The position numbers and the translations under genes are program-made. A model generated the notes under the pieces. It did not search any database. It worked only from the letters and a program-made list of their open reading frames with translations, and was not told the origin of the DNA. A stretch of 64,000 nucleotides of DNA, taken from positions 682,001 to 746,000 of the forward strand of contig OZ025655.1 in the NCBI GenBank assembly GCA_964019335.1, given 5' to 3'. Source of the stretch: Diplonema japonicum (lineage: Eukaryota; Protista; Euglenozoa: Diplonemea). This document shows, one piece after another, positions 55,210 to 64,000 of this stretch; within the stretch, counting starts at the first letter, position 1; each line of letters opens with the position of its first letter.

Positions 55210-56355
55210 TTAAGAATATTCTCGCTCTCTTGTGCACCGCTTGCAAGTGCACTTGAATCCATAGTCCCGCAGCGCTTCCGCTCTGGCTGCCTCGTTCTGC
55301 TCTGTGTCGACGTACGAGATGGTCAACTCTTCGCCTTGCCTTACGTCCCGCAACGCGGTGAGGCAGCACCGTGCCGACATGGCCTCGAGGGGTGTCGCGG
55401 CTTCTATCGAGGGAGTGCAGCTATGGTTGGCACAGGACTGCAGAGTGTAGTAGGCCGTCCCTATGGCAGGCTCGAAGCATGTCGTCTTCGTCAGGTCGGG
55501 CAGGGGCACACTTGGGTGGAGCTCGGCGTACTGGTGCACCGGGGATGCCACGTAGACAGTCATGTTGTTTCTCTCGTATGCGCTCATGAACATGCTGAAG
55601 GTCACCGGGTCAAAGAGCGCCCTGGCCACCCCGTCCCTGTCGGGGATGTGGCGCTTCAGGACTGCCCGCAGGTGACGCACAACGTACCTCACATCCTGCT
55701 TCAGCTCTCGGACAGTGGCTTTGTTCTCGTTGACACCTTCCCACCACACCACCCGCTCGGCGGACACGTAAGGCCTGAAGGCGTGGCGCAGTGCTGCCAT
55801 CCTGTCGTGGCACGGGTGGAGCGTCAGGTAGATGTGATATCGCACGAGGGTATTTGTGGACATCTTGATTGCCAGTTTGAAAGGATGCTTTTCCCCCTTG
55901 CAGTAATCGAGGAGCTTTCTGTACAAAGGGTGCCCACAGAGAGCTTGGTGGTGGTTGGCCCATGAACGGCGCTCGCAGGCCTTGCTGCAATAATTGATCC
56001 CGCACCCATTCCTGCACTGCACCACAGAGTGCTCTGGTGTATCGGGAAGTGCCACCCTCCTCCTTACGGCCATGGACACTATCCCTTCTGCCCCAACTAA
56101 GAACTTCTGGCATTCGTCACACACCCTGCTGTCGTCCCCGCAGCTCCCAAGGGGCATTTCTGATAGCACCAACTCACCTTTCTTGATATCTCGAGCCGCA
56201 AATAGTCCTCGCCCTTGGTCACTGCTGTGCTTCACAGTGACTGTCCCAGTCCCTGCAGGGCACTGCTTTCCGATGGTTCTGAGGTACCGAGTCGCAGCGG
56301 GGTCACTTACCCACCGGCCTGTGTGGTGCAGCTGCCATTTGTTGTCGAGGCGCAT
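55210..56355 (-). CDS. SET and MYND domain lysine methyltransferase (SMYD-like)
   Basis: GRGLFAARDIKKGELVLSE, YCSKAC..W..HH..LC, ANHSCTP, GEELTISY, post-SET FKCTCKRC. Confidence 0.9.
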   Translation of the reverse strand: MRLDNKWQLHHTGRWVSDPAATRYLRTIGKQCPAGTGTVTVKHSSDQGRGLFAARDIKKGELVLSEMPLGSCGDDSRVCDECQKFLVGAEGIVSMAVRRRVALPDTPEHSVVQCRNGCGINYCSKACERRSWANHHQALCGHPLYRKLLDYCKGEKHPFKLAIKMSTNTLVRYHIYLTLHPCHDRMAALRHAFRPYVSAERVVWWEGVNENKATVRELKQDVRYVVRHLRAVLKRHIPDRDGVARALFDPVTFSMFMSAYERNNMTVYVASPVHQYAELHPSVPLPDLTKTTCFEPAIGTAYYTLQSCANHSCTPSIEAATPLEAMSARCCLTALRDVRQGEELTISYVDTEQNEAARAEALRDYGFKCTCKRCTREREYS

Positions 56356-56413
56356 CGCAAGGCCTTCTGTGATAATCACAAGAGCAGCTCAGATGTCGGA
56401 AAACTATTTACTA

Positions 56414-57691
56414 CTATTTAAACTGCGCCAGATCCCGTGTGTTAGCAAGGGTAGTGGCGTACTGGGAGATCATCTCGTGCACAAGGTGCGCTAGGGAGTC
56501 GCGGTCGGAGGGGGCAAGGGTGTTGGATAGGGTTTCCGCGCCATCGTGTGGAATGACGTCTGGGATAGCAGACAGGGAGGCGACGGAGGTGGTGCGGGGG
56601 GAGAGAGGCGCCGTAGAGGCTGCGAAGAACAGCAGCCGCTGGTGGTACTCAGGAAGGAGCGAGGCCCTTGGAAATAAGCGCTTGATGTCGCTGTGAAGAG
56701 GATCGTCTCCATGGTGCTTGGGTGTCACTTGGTAGAGATTCTGTTCCGACTGCTGCATGCTGCCAATCCTCTGCAAGGCATCTTCGTCCAGCAACCGGAA
56801 CCGCACCCCCTCCTCCGCCAGACCGACCATCATCTCCACCATCAGGATCGAGTTCGCAGCTTGTTCTTCGTTTTCACATTCCAACGCTTTCAGGAAGTCT
56901 ATCTTCAGCCCCCCGTACCCACCGCTGCATCCCTTCTTCATGATTGCTTCTTTCAGCATTGCGACGCTTCCGCTGGTTGTCAATGCGGTATCCCACTCGT
57001 GCTGGATTCCCCCTTTTGCATTTGCGATAACAGCGCGAACGGCCACAGTAGGCGTCCCGCTAGCGGTAACTACACAAGTATCAACATCAGATGCCTTGTT
57101 CTGGTGTGGGTAGAGGGGTGCTACACTCCCGACCTCGTCCTTGTCGACAATGAGTACGGTGTACTCCGCAGCGCCCATGAATGGTATGATGGCAGGCACG
57201 ACGTCGCTCTGCGGGATGTAGAAGCCGGGGTTCCTCTTGACGCCGAGTTCGCAGCGGGTGACCTTCTCAGCAAGGATGTTGAGATGCAGGATCTCAGGGT
57301 AGAGCGACGGGAGCGAGCGCGTCCACGGTGAGGATACCAGCGAGGTGTGCGGGGACCCGACAAGACGCTGCAGGAACTTTGGGTTCACATGGGAGAGGAC
57401 CTCCAAGTCCAGACCGCTTACGAGAATCACAACAGGGATCTCTGATGCAAGAAGCTTGCCAAGAAAAAACTCTGCAGGTCCCTCGGGCAATAACACCTTT
57501 GTTTCCACATTCATGGTGTCAAAATCAAACACTAAAGTCACTCCAACCCACTCTCCTTCCCCTTTCAAGCTTCCCCGTACCCTTTCCATCTTCCTCCGAA
57601 GCAGTTCTTCTTCCGCCTCCTGTACCTCTACTTGAAGCTGTGCCAGCCTTGTAGTCAGGTATGTCATGCTCAGCTTGTCGTTGGGCGGCAT
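56414..57691 (-). CDS. Hypothetical protein
   Basis: 425-codon open frame from the ATG at 57691 with coding-like composition; no family recognised. Confidence 0.6.
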   Translation of the reverse strand: MPPNDKLSMTYLTTRLAQLQVEVQEAEEELLRRKMERVRGSLKGEGEWVGVTLVFDFDTMNVETKVLLPEGPAEFFLGKLLASEIPVVILVSGLDLEVLSHVNPKFLQRLVGSPHTSLVSSPWTRSLPSLYPEILHLNILAEKVTRCELGVKRNPGFYIPQSDVVPAIIPFMGAAEYTVLIVDKDEVGSVAPLYPHQNKASDVDTCVVTASGTPTVAVRAVIANAKGGIQHEWDTALTTSGSVAMLKEAIMKKGCSGGYGGLKIDFLKALECENEEQAANSILMVEMMVGLAEEGVRFRLLDEDALQRIGSMQQSEQNLYQVTPKHHGDDPLHSDIKRLFPRASLLPEYHQRLLFFAASTAPLSPRTTSVASLSAIPDVIPHDGAETLSNTLAPSDRDSLAHLVHEMISQYATTLANTRDLAQFK

Positions 57692-58203
57692 TGCGAAAAA
57701 CGTGTAAATGTTGCAATGCTGAGGAGGGTGATGATGTTGAAGAAGTAAGAGGAACAAGGGTAGTGGAGTAGGTGTAAAACAGAAGGGAATAAAAAAAGAA
57801 ATATATGCAGGCAAGTTAATTATTTGTGCGCAACAGCTCCACCGAAGAAAATGAATTATCAGGAGAGTATACATCCGCCTGCTACCCAGTAGGGACGCAG
57901 GAAATGGAATATTAAGAGAAGAAATATTGTTTGATGCACTGCTGGTGGGAGGTGAGACGTTCATTTAACAGTGCAACCAACGAAAAGGATATCCTCGAGA
58001 AAGGAAAGGGAAGCGACCCAAAAGCTGAATAAAATGAATGGGAGAAAGGTCTCTCACCAGAACTAAAGAAAGTACGGGCCCTTTTCATGGGTGAAATAAT
58101 AATTCAAAAAAAAGGGGGGGGGAGGACAATTCGATGAAATCTCAGTGTGCAGAACACTGAAACAGAGTTTTGTTCGATTGCTTTAGTAATGCGGTTGGAA
58201 TGT

Positions 58204-59628
58204 TCATGGAATAAAAAGTAGAGTGTTCGTGGCTGTGAGGCTGCCACCCATCTTTTTGAGCCTCTCCAGCTCTAAGGCCACGGGCGAGGACTGAATGATA
58301 TTAGCAGCAGTTCTGTTACCTGCTGCTTGTGTCTCGGCACGGGCAGCGGCAGCGCGCTCCAAGATGAGCGAAGCTTCAGCCTCTGCTTGCGCACGGACAA
58401 CATCGACGATGGATGTCGCTAAGGAAGTGACTCGCAGTGCAGCAGCTTTGCCATGTGCTATGGTTTTCTCCCTGCGTGCTTTGGCGGCAGCAATGGCACC
58501 AGCAACCATCTTGTCCGCCATTTCATTCGACTCTTGCACCACGTTCACAATGTTAAGGGACACCAGCTCCACACCGTAGGCCTCTGTACTGGCATTTGCG
58601 TTCTGCAGCGCACCCACACCCTCTGTGTTGGCCTTCTGCACCAACGCCGCCACCGACAGCCCGTCTGCAAACTGCACCTTGCCCACAAACCACGACAGCG
58701 ACGCCTCTGCCTGCCGCAGTATGTTGTTGTGCAGCCTGCCGCACTTCCCCATCGTCTCGGCACCGTGCTTCGCCGCCAACCCCACATCGACGATGTGCCA
58801 CATGACGGTGGCCTGCACCTTGAGGGCTATGTTGTCACTTGTCAGCATCGCAGCGTCCTGCAGGTCATCCGTTTCGTATTTGGTGCTGAGGAACATCTGG
58901 AACTTGTGGTTCTTGTGTTTCAAGAGGTGCATCATGCCACCCTCCATGACCTCCTGTTTCCCGTTGTTCTGTGTGACGGCGACATAACCCTCGTTGACAG
59001 TGAGGAGGGTGAAGGGGCCGAGGGGGATCACAGGTTTGTCGAGGGTGATGGACTCCTTGAAGCGTAGGGTAGAGTTCTTCCATTGGTGGAAGCCAGGGGG
59101 GAGAAGCACAGGGTTGCCCTTGTCGAGGGCGAGGCCGATGCAGCCCTGCTCGACGACAGCGACGGACCAGTCACCCCACTGCAGGGAAGAGGACAGGTCA
59201 AGAGGGCCGTGTGTCGTGATGAATGGGGAGAAGTAACAGTGCGGGCCTTCGCCTGCAAGGAGGAATTCCCCACTACCGTCTTTGATCTTCATAACGTGGC
59301 CTGAAGGAACCTCAAAGGTAGTTAGAAACAAGCTGAACAGGTTGCATGATGCCCTCAGGCACCAGTTCTTCCACCCACTTGAGTTGGCCCTCAGGAACTC
59401 CTCCCTGTGCCTTGCTGATATTTGTGCCTCTACATTGTCCCCATGACCTACTCTGTACTTACACTCGAGTAGCCCAGCTTTCGACAACACCTTATAGCAA
59501 GGCATGTCTTCAAACCGCCCCCCTGCTGTGTTTATGGTCACCATTTCCTTGATGTACAAGGGCTCCGTTTCACACACAGTCCCACGAGGGTCGTTCAAGA
59601 CTTCACTTCTTTTGCTGTTTGTTGTCAT
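58204..59628 (-). CDS. SPFH/Band-7 domain protein
   Basis: LTSDNIAL.V.A...W.I.D, YGVELVSLNI and an Ala-rich coiled coil, preceded by repeated V.QG..G..L.PG units. Confidence 0.8.
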   Translation of the reverse strand: MTTNSKRSEVLNDPRGTVCETEPLYIKEMVTINTAGGRFEDMPCYKVLSKAGLLECKYRVGHGDNVEAQISARHREEFLRANSSGWKNWCLRASCNLFSLFLTTFEVPSGHVMKIKDGSGEFLLAGEGPHCYFSPFITTHGPLDLSSSLQWGDWSVAVVEQGCIGLALDKGNPVLLPPGFHQWKNSTLRFKESITLDKPVIPLGPFTLLTVNEGYVAVTQNNGKQEVMEGGMMHLLKHKNHKFQMFLSTKYETDDLQDAAMLTSDNIALKVQATVMWHIVDVGLAAKHGAETMGKCGRLHNNILRQAEASLSWFVGKVQFADGLSVAALVQKANTEGVGALQNANASTEAYGVELVSLNIVNVVQESNEMADKMVAGAIAAAKARREKTIAHGKAAALRVTSLATSIVDVVRAQAEAEASLILERAAAARAETQAAGNRTAANIIQSSPVALELERLKKMGGSLTATNTLLFIP

Positions 59629-60380
59629 CTTCTTTTTAAAGTGCTGAGGTATTTCTTACTTCAGGTGTTGTTACATACAAAAGAAATGGGGCGTTCTTTT
59701 TTTTTTTTAACGATTTTTTTTTAATAAAGGTTTAAAAAAAAATGGGGGGGGACGGGATACATGAGTGCAAAAGAGGAAAGTAAAAAAAAGGGGGGGGAGA
59801 AGAAAAAAAATAAGGGGTAAGAGGGGGGAAACCAATTATTATGATTAGAGATCAGGCCCGTACACTTGAAGAAGGAAGGGAGAGGGGGGCGATATGTTTT
59901 TTTATCCCCCTCCCCTTCAGCCTTCCCGTGTATGTACACGGAGCAAAGCATGAAAGCATGAGGATAGACTGGATGAAAGGGGGAAAAGGGGAGAGGGGAC
60001 AAGCAAGGGAAAGCCCCTGCGTTATCTGTATTTATGGGTCCCCCCATGGCACCCCCCCCCTTTCCCCCCCCGCTTTTTCTTTTTTTTTGTGTTGAGAGCC
60101 AGAACTACTTTTTTTTCCCGCCGAGTAGCGGTTTCTTTGTACCTGCTCTTTCTTGAGGGATCTTTTTTCGCCCCCAGCCCCCCCCCCCAAAAAAAACGTT
60201 CTCCCCTGGAATTTAAATAGATTGAACTGCACGAGTGAGAATAAAAAGAGGGAGAACGGTATTCCCTCCCTTTCTTTTTTTTTCCCTCCTTTTTTTTTTC
60301 ATTTTCCACTTTCTCCTCCCTTCAAAAGAAAAAGGAAGGGAAAAAAAAGAAACATAGCCAGACACTGAGGTTCTTATATA

Positions 60381-60437
60381 ATTTTTTTTTTAATTTTTTT
60401 TTAATTTTTTTTTTTACTTTTTTTAAAAACTTTTTTA

Positions 60438-60484
<47 letters not shown>

Positions 60485-60567
60485 TTTTTAACTTTTTTTT
60501 ATTTTTTTGTTGTCTTTTTTTTTTTTTTTTTTTTTATACTTTTTTTTTTTTACTTTTTTTTTTTTTT
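60381..60567. repeat. Near-pure poly(T) low-complexity tract (poly(A) on the coding strand)
   Basis: About 190 nt of T with sparse A/AC interruptions. Confidence 0.9.
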
Positions 60568-61347
60568 AAAAACCGCTTCATCTCTACAGTATTCGAGGCT
60601 TTTTGCTAGGAAAAGAAGAAAAAGAGTCGGTCCTTAGCAATTGTTTTGGATCTGTTTGCACTACCTCTTTTTTTTCTTCAAAAAAACTGCAGAATCCACG
60701 AACACTTTCAAAGATGATGCAATCTCTCTTTTTTTTTTTCTCTCTCTTGGATGGGCTCCACCATATCCCCTTCCCCCCACCCTTCATATCATTTTCTTAG
60801 GAACTAGCGGTTAGTGGCCAGGGGATAGTGAGTGAATGTAGGGAGGGGAGGGAGGGGGGGACATAACATAAGGATAGGCCTTTTCTCACAATATCCAATA
60901 AGGAGGGGCATGGTGGTAGGCAAAAAATAAAATGAATGAGTGCGCCTTTAGTACCCCCCCCCCCCCCCAAGCTCTTCCCTTGTTTCTTCTTCAAAAAAGA
61001 AAATGAGTGACCCCTTGTTCTTAAAAACCCTCTACTTCTTCGCTCTCTTTTCTCCGGAAAACAAAATCAAACATGCCTTTTTTTATTTTTTTTTTAGCTT
61101 TTTCTTCTCCCCTTGTTTTTCTTTTTTTCGAGAAGGAGGGTGGGGGGGGGGTTTTTTGAAGGAAAAAAAGGAGGGGGACTGGGGGGGGGGGGGGGGGGGG
61201 GGAGGTTCAATAAACGGGGAGGGAGGTGTGGTGGTTTCAACCGGAGGAAAAAAAAAAGGAAGGGGGAAATAATAAAGTATATCTTTTCTGTTAACGTATG
61301 CTCTGTCTCCCCTCCCCCAATTCTTTTTTTCTTCTTTTTTTCCTCTC

Positions 61348-63580
61348 TCATTTATGTTTACTTCTCTTTCTACAGAATCCGTACAGCTCGAAACAGTTCA
61401 CCACAAGTTGATTCGTGTTTTTAGAATTTCCCTGTAATTTTATTTTTTCTTCCCCATCCCCGCTTTTTTCATACCCTAGGCTCCAACCTAATCATAAAGT
61501 ATCGATAGAATTTCAATGTCTCTTGAGGGACAAGTTTGAAGGTGGCAACCTTTTGGGAGTCGTTAAGAGATGGGTCGCTTTGATGCTTGGAGAGGATATC
61601 CCATTTGTAGTTGTCGTCAGACCCTCGGAGGGACCAGGATCGCATGAAAGATGAATTCGAATCTGAGGAGTGAGAGATGCTGTACTGGTAGGGAAGAACC
61701 TCCCAGTCGGTGAAGTCAAAGGCAACGTATGCCTTCACCGGCCCATCTTTGCCGTCGGGACGTTCAGGGCGTTCGTTAATCGTCGCGAAATTGCAATCTG
61801 TGCCAAACGAAGCGCTCAGCACATGCGAGATGTCCCCCTGTCCTGTTGAGGAAGCAGATGCATTTATCAGCCCGTCCTTGTATGGGTTTGTCCAGTACCG
61901 CTTCCCACCGTTTGTGGCTATGTATGCAACAACACCTTTGTTCGCTTGCAGAACTGTGTCGTCTGGTTTCAGCTCCTCTGCCACAAACGGGAAGTTCTCC
62001 AGCTTGTCCTCCCATTGCTCTCTGAACCCTTTTGGGGTCTGTTTCAGTTGCTGTTTGAATATTTTCTTCCCGCTTGCGCACGTCACTACCGCGACGCCCC
62101 TCTTCTTGTCCTCGTCGTCCCCGTCCCATATCCTGTCGCTCTTTGTCAGTGTCGCTGCTGAGCTATACTTGCTCTGGCCCCTCCCACGTTTTGTTATGGG
62201 TTGTGGCGAGTCCGACCTTGCCCTCTTCTCATCGCTTTTCATCTCCACCGCCATGCGTGGTTGCCGCTCTGGGCTCACCATGTCCATGCGCATCTTCGAC
62301 CGTCCTGCCGTTGTCTTGGCATCTGATTTCCGTGACTTTGGTTCCCTGTTTTAATGTGTTTTGTGTGGGTTTGTAACGAATGCATACTTGCAGTCGGGCG
62401 ACGACTTCCTCTTGTTGCCGCTGGGGCGGGTCTCCTCTGTTCCTATGAGCATCGTCTTCAAGCCGTCAACAGCGTTCGATGCAACGGATCGCCTTTCCTC
62501 CCTTCTCTTCTCTCGCCTTCTTCTGTCCTTCTCCCTGTCCCTGTCTCTGTCCCTTTCGCGGTCCTTATCCCTATCTCTATCTCTTTCTCTGTCCCTATCC
62601 CTTTCTCTATCTCTATCACGATCCCTGTCTCTCTCTCTGTCCCTATCCCTGTCACGGTCCCTCCTCCTCCCTTCTTGTGAGTTCGATCTCCTGCGCTTGT
62701 CCCGCTTGTCGTCGTCGTCTTTCACAGCAGGCGATGGGACAGCATCCCTGTCTCTGGGGGGAGTCACACCGTCTTCCTGTGTGGTGTGGGTGTGATAGTT
62801 GTTATTTCTATGGGCACATACCACAGGAGAGTCCCTCAGCTTCCTTGCGGCGATGAGATGCGGGGGCAGCACGGGTCCCTCTGTAACTGCCTCATTCACT
62901 TTGACAGGAGACGGCAGTGCAGCAGGCGGCAGTGGAGCAGGTGACGGTTGAGGAGTGATTGTGGATGCTTTGGAAGGCGTGAGGGGCGAGGGGGGCTCTG
63001 CGCTTCCTTTCCCCCTCATGGCCTCTTTCTGCTTGAGCTTCTTCTTCATCAACTCGAGGTTGTTTTGGAGGTCCTTCAGGGACTCTTTTTTTTGCAGCAT
63101 TTGTTTCCGTTTCGCAACCTGCGCAGCTCTCTCTTTCTTGGAGCGCTCTTCTGCTTCGAGTTTCTTTTTTTCTTCGGATTTCTTTCTTTCCTGCTCGGCC
63201 TCGCGTCTCAGGGTTGAGATGTTTTCCCCGTCGCCGAGTTCCAAGAGGTCGAGATCGAGGGTGTTGCACGCAGTGCAGATGTTGTCCAGTATCGAGTTGA
63301 CTTGTGTGCAGTCCTCACATTCCCATTGGGTGCCGGAGTGCTTCTTCTTCGCACGCTTGTGCGCTTTCTTCCTGCTGCCAAAAATCACCACCAACGAGTT
63401 GAACAAAGCTGGCTGATCGGCATAGTCATCTTCACTCAGCACGCTGTCCCAGTCCGAACTCAGCGCATCATCATCCTCCACACCCTGCGCTACCATCTCT
63501 GGCGAGTTACTCTGCGCATCAACCGCATCAGGCGCTTCCCTCGCCGCTTCTACACCCATACACTCATCCTCCACGCTCAT
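61348..63580 (-). CDS. RanBP2 zinc finger plus RD/RE-repeat plus C-terminal discoidin/galactose-binding-like domain protein; introns 62777-62821, 62346-62387, 61432-61474
   Basis: WECEDCTQVN..CTAC; (RD/RE)n; WTNP..Y...H..RSWSLRGS.D..W..L..H..D.SL..YRYF. The spliced end GNSKNTNQLVVNCFELYG completes the domain. Confidence 0.8.
62530..62665 (-). repeat. Degenerate hexamer repeat encoding the RD/RE dipeptide tract
   Basis: ctgtcc/ctgtct/ctatct/ctatcc units on the plus strand. Confidence 0.85.
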
Positions 63581-63809
63581 CCCTTATCGCGGCCCAACAA
63601 GAATAAAAGGCTTTTGTTCCCTCTTAAAACAGTTGAAGGAATGGGGTGGGTGGGGTGGGGGTTGATTCCTGTGGTGGTAATAAGCATCGGACCATATAAA
63701 CTGAGAAGGGAAAAAATGGGGAAAAAAAAGGGAAAAGAAAAAAAAGGACTTAACTTTAAAGCGCATTGCGCGCGAGTGTTGTTGCTAGGGATGTCGAAGT
63801 AGAAAAATC

Positions 63810-64000
63810 TCAACTGCATGAGATAGCAGGCCACAGAGCTTCAAAATCTATTCTCGTAATAGTGCCAAAACTGGCAATGGTGGCAGAAGTGGGCGAGACG
63901 AGAAGGCCTGTTGCAGCGAAGGGGAGGGGGAGGGAGGCAAAAGCGCCTTCGTACCAGATGTCAATGACAGGGGTGGTTTTGTAAGTGGCAACCACGATAT
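63810..64000 (-). CDS. 3' end of a gene entering from beyond the window (product unknown)
   Basis: Open frame to the window edge, same orientation as the cluster. Confidence 0.45.
   Translation of the reverse strand, partial: IVVATYKTTPVIDIWYEGAFASLPLPFAATGLLVSPTSATIASFGTITRIDFEALWPAISCS

Noticed and set aside
1-64000. CRISPR arrays, transposases, retroelements, tRNA or rRNA genes, telomeric repeats
   Set aside because: None recognisable by eye.

Overview
Eukaryotic nuclear DNA, most likely a diplonemid (Euglenozoa); this taxonomy is inferred from gene organisation, not from a search. All 24 protein-coding genes I can support (two truncated by the window edges) lie on the minus strand in one head-to-tail cluster, separated by homopolymer-rich spacers. 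I reconstructed 23 GT-AG introns by hand. Most are 31-52 nt with a GTAYGY donor and a CA- or poly(A)-rich 3' end finishing in (C)ACAG rather than a polypyrimidine tract, and many sit close to the stop codon. Recognisable genes: two copies (identical over the shared part) of a bacterial-type sulfoacetaldehyde acetyltransferase (xsc) with an intron and a mitochondrial-type presequence, CFAP47, a four-domain voltage-gated cation channel with a D/D/D/E filter, RPS14, a ZnT-type CDF transporter, a PIN-LIKES transporter, PSP1, SET/MYND, SPFH, SGNH and SHIPPO-repeat proteins, and a UBA-UBC-UFD1-UBX-CUE fusion protein. Best leads: the eukaryotic Xsc, an unannotated ~270-nt structured RNA candidate at 4817-5089, a recurring ~90-110 bp upstream element, the splicing signals, and the p97-cofactor fusion.
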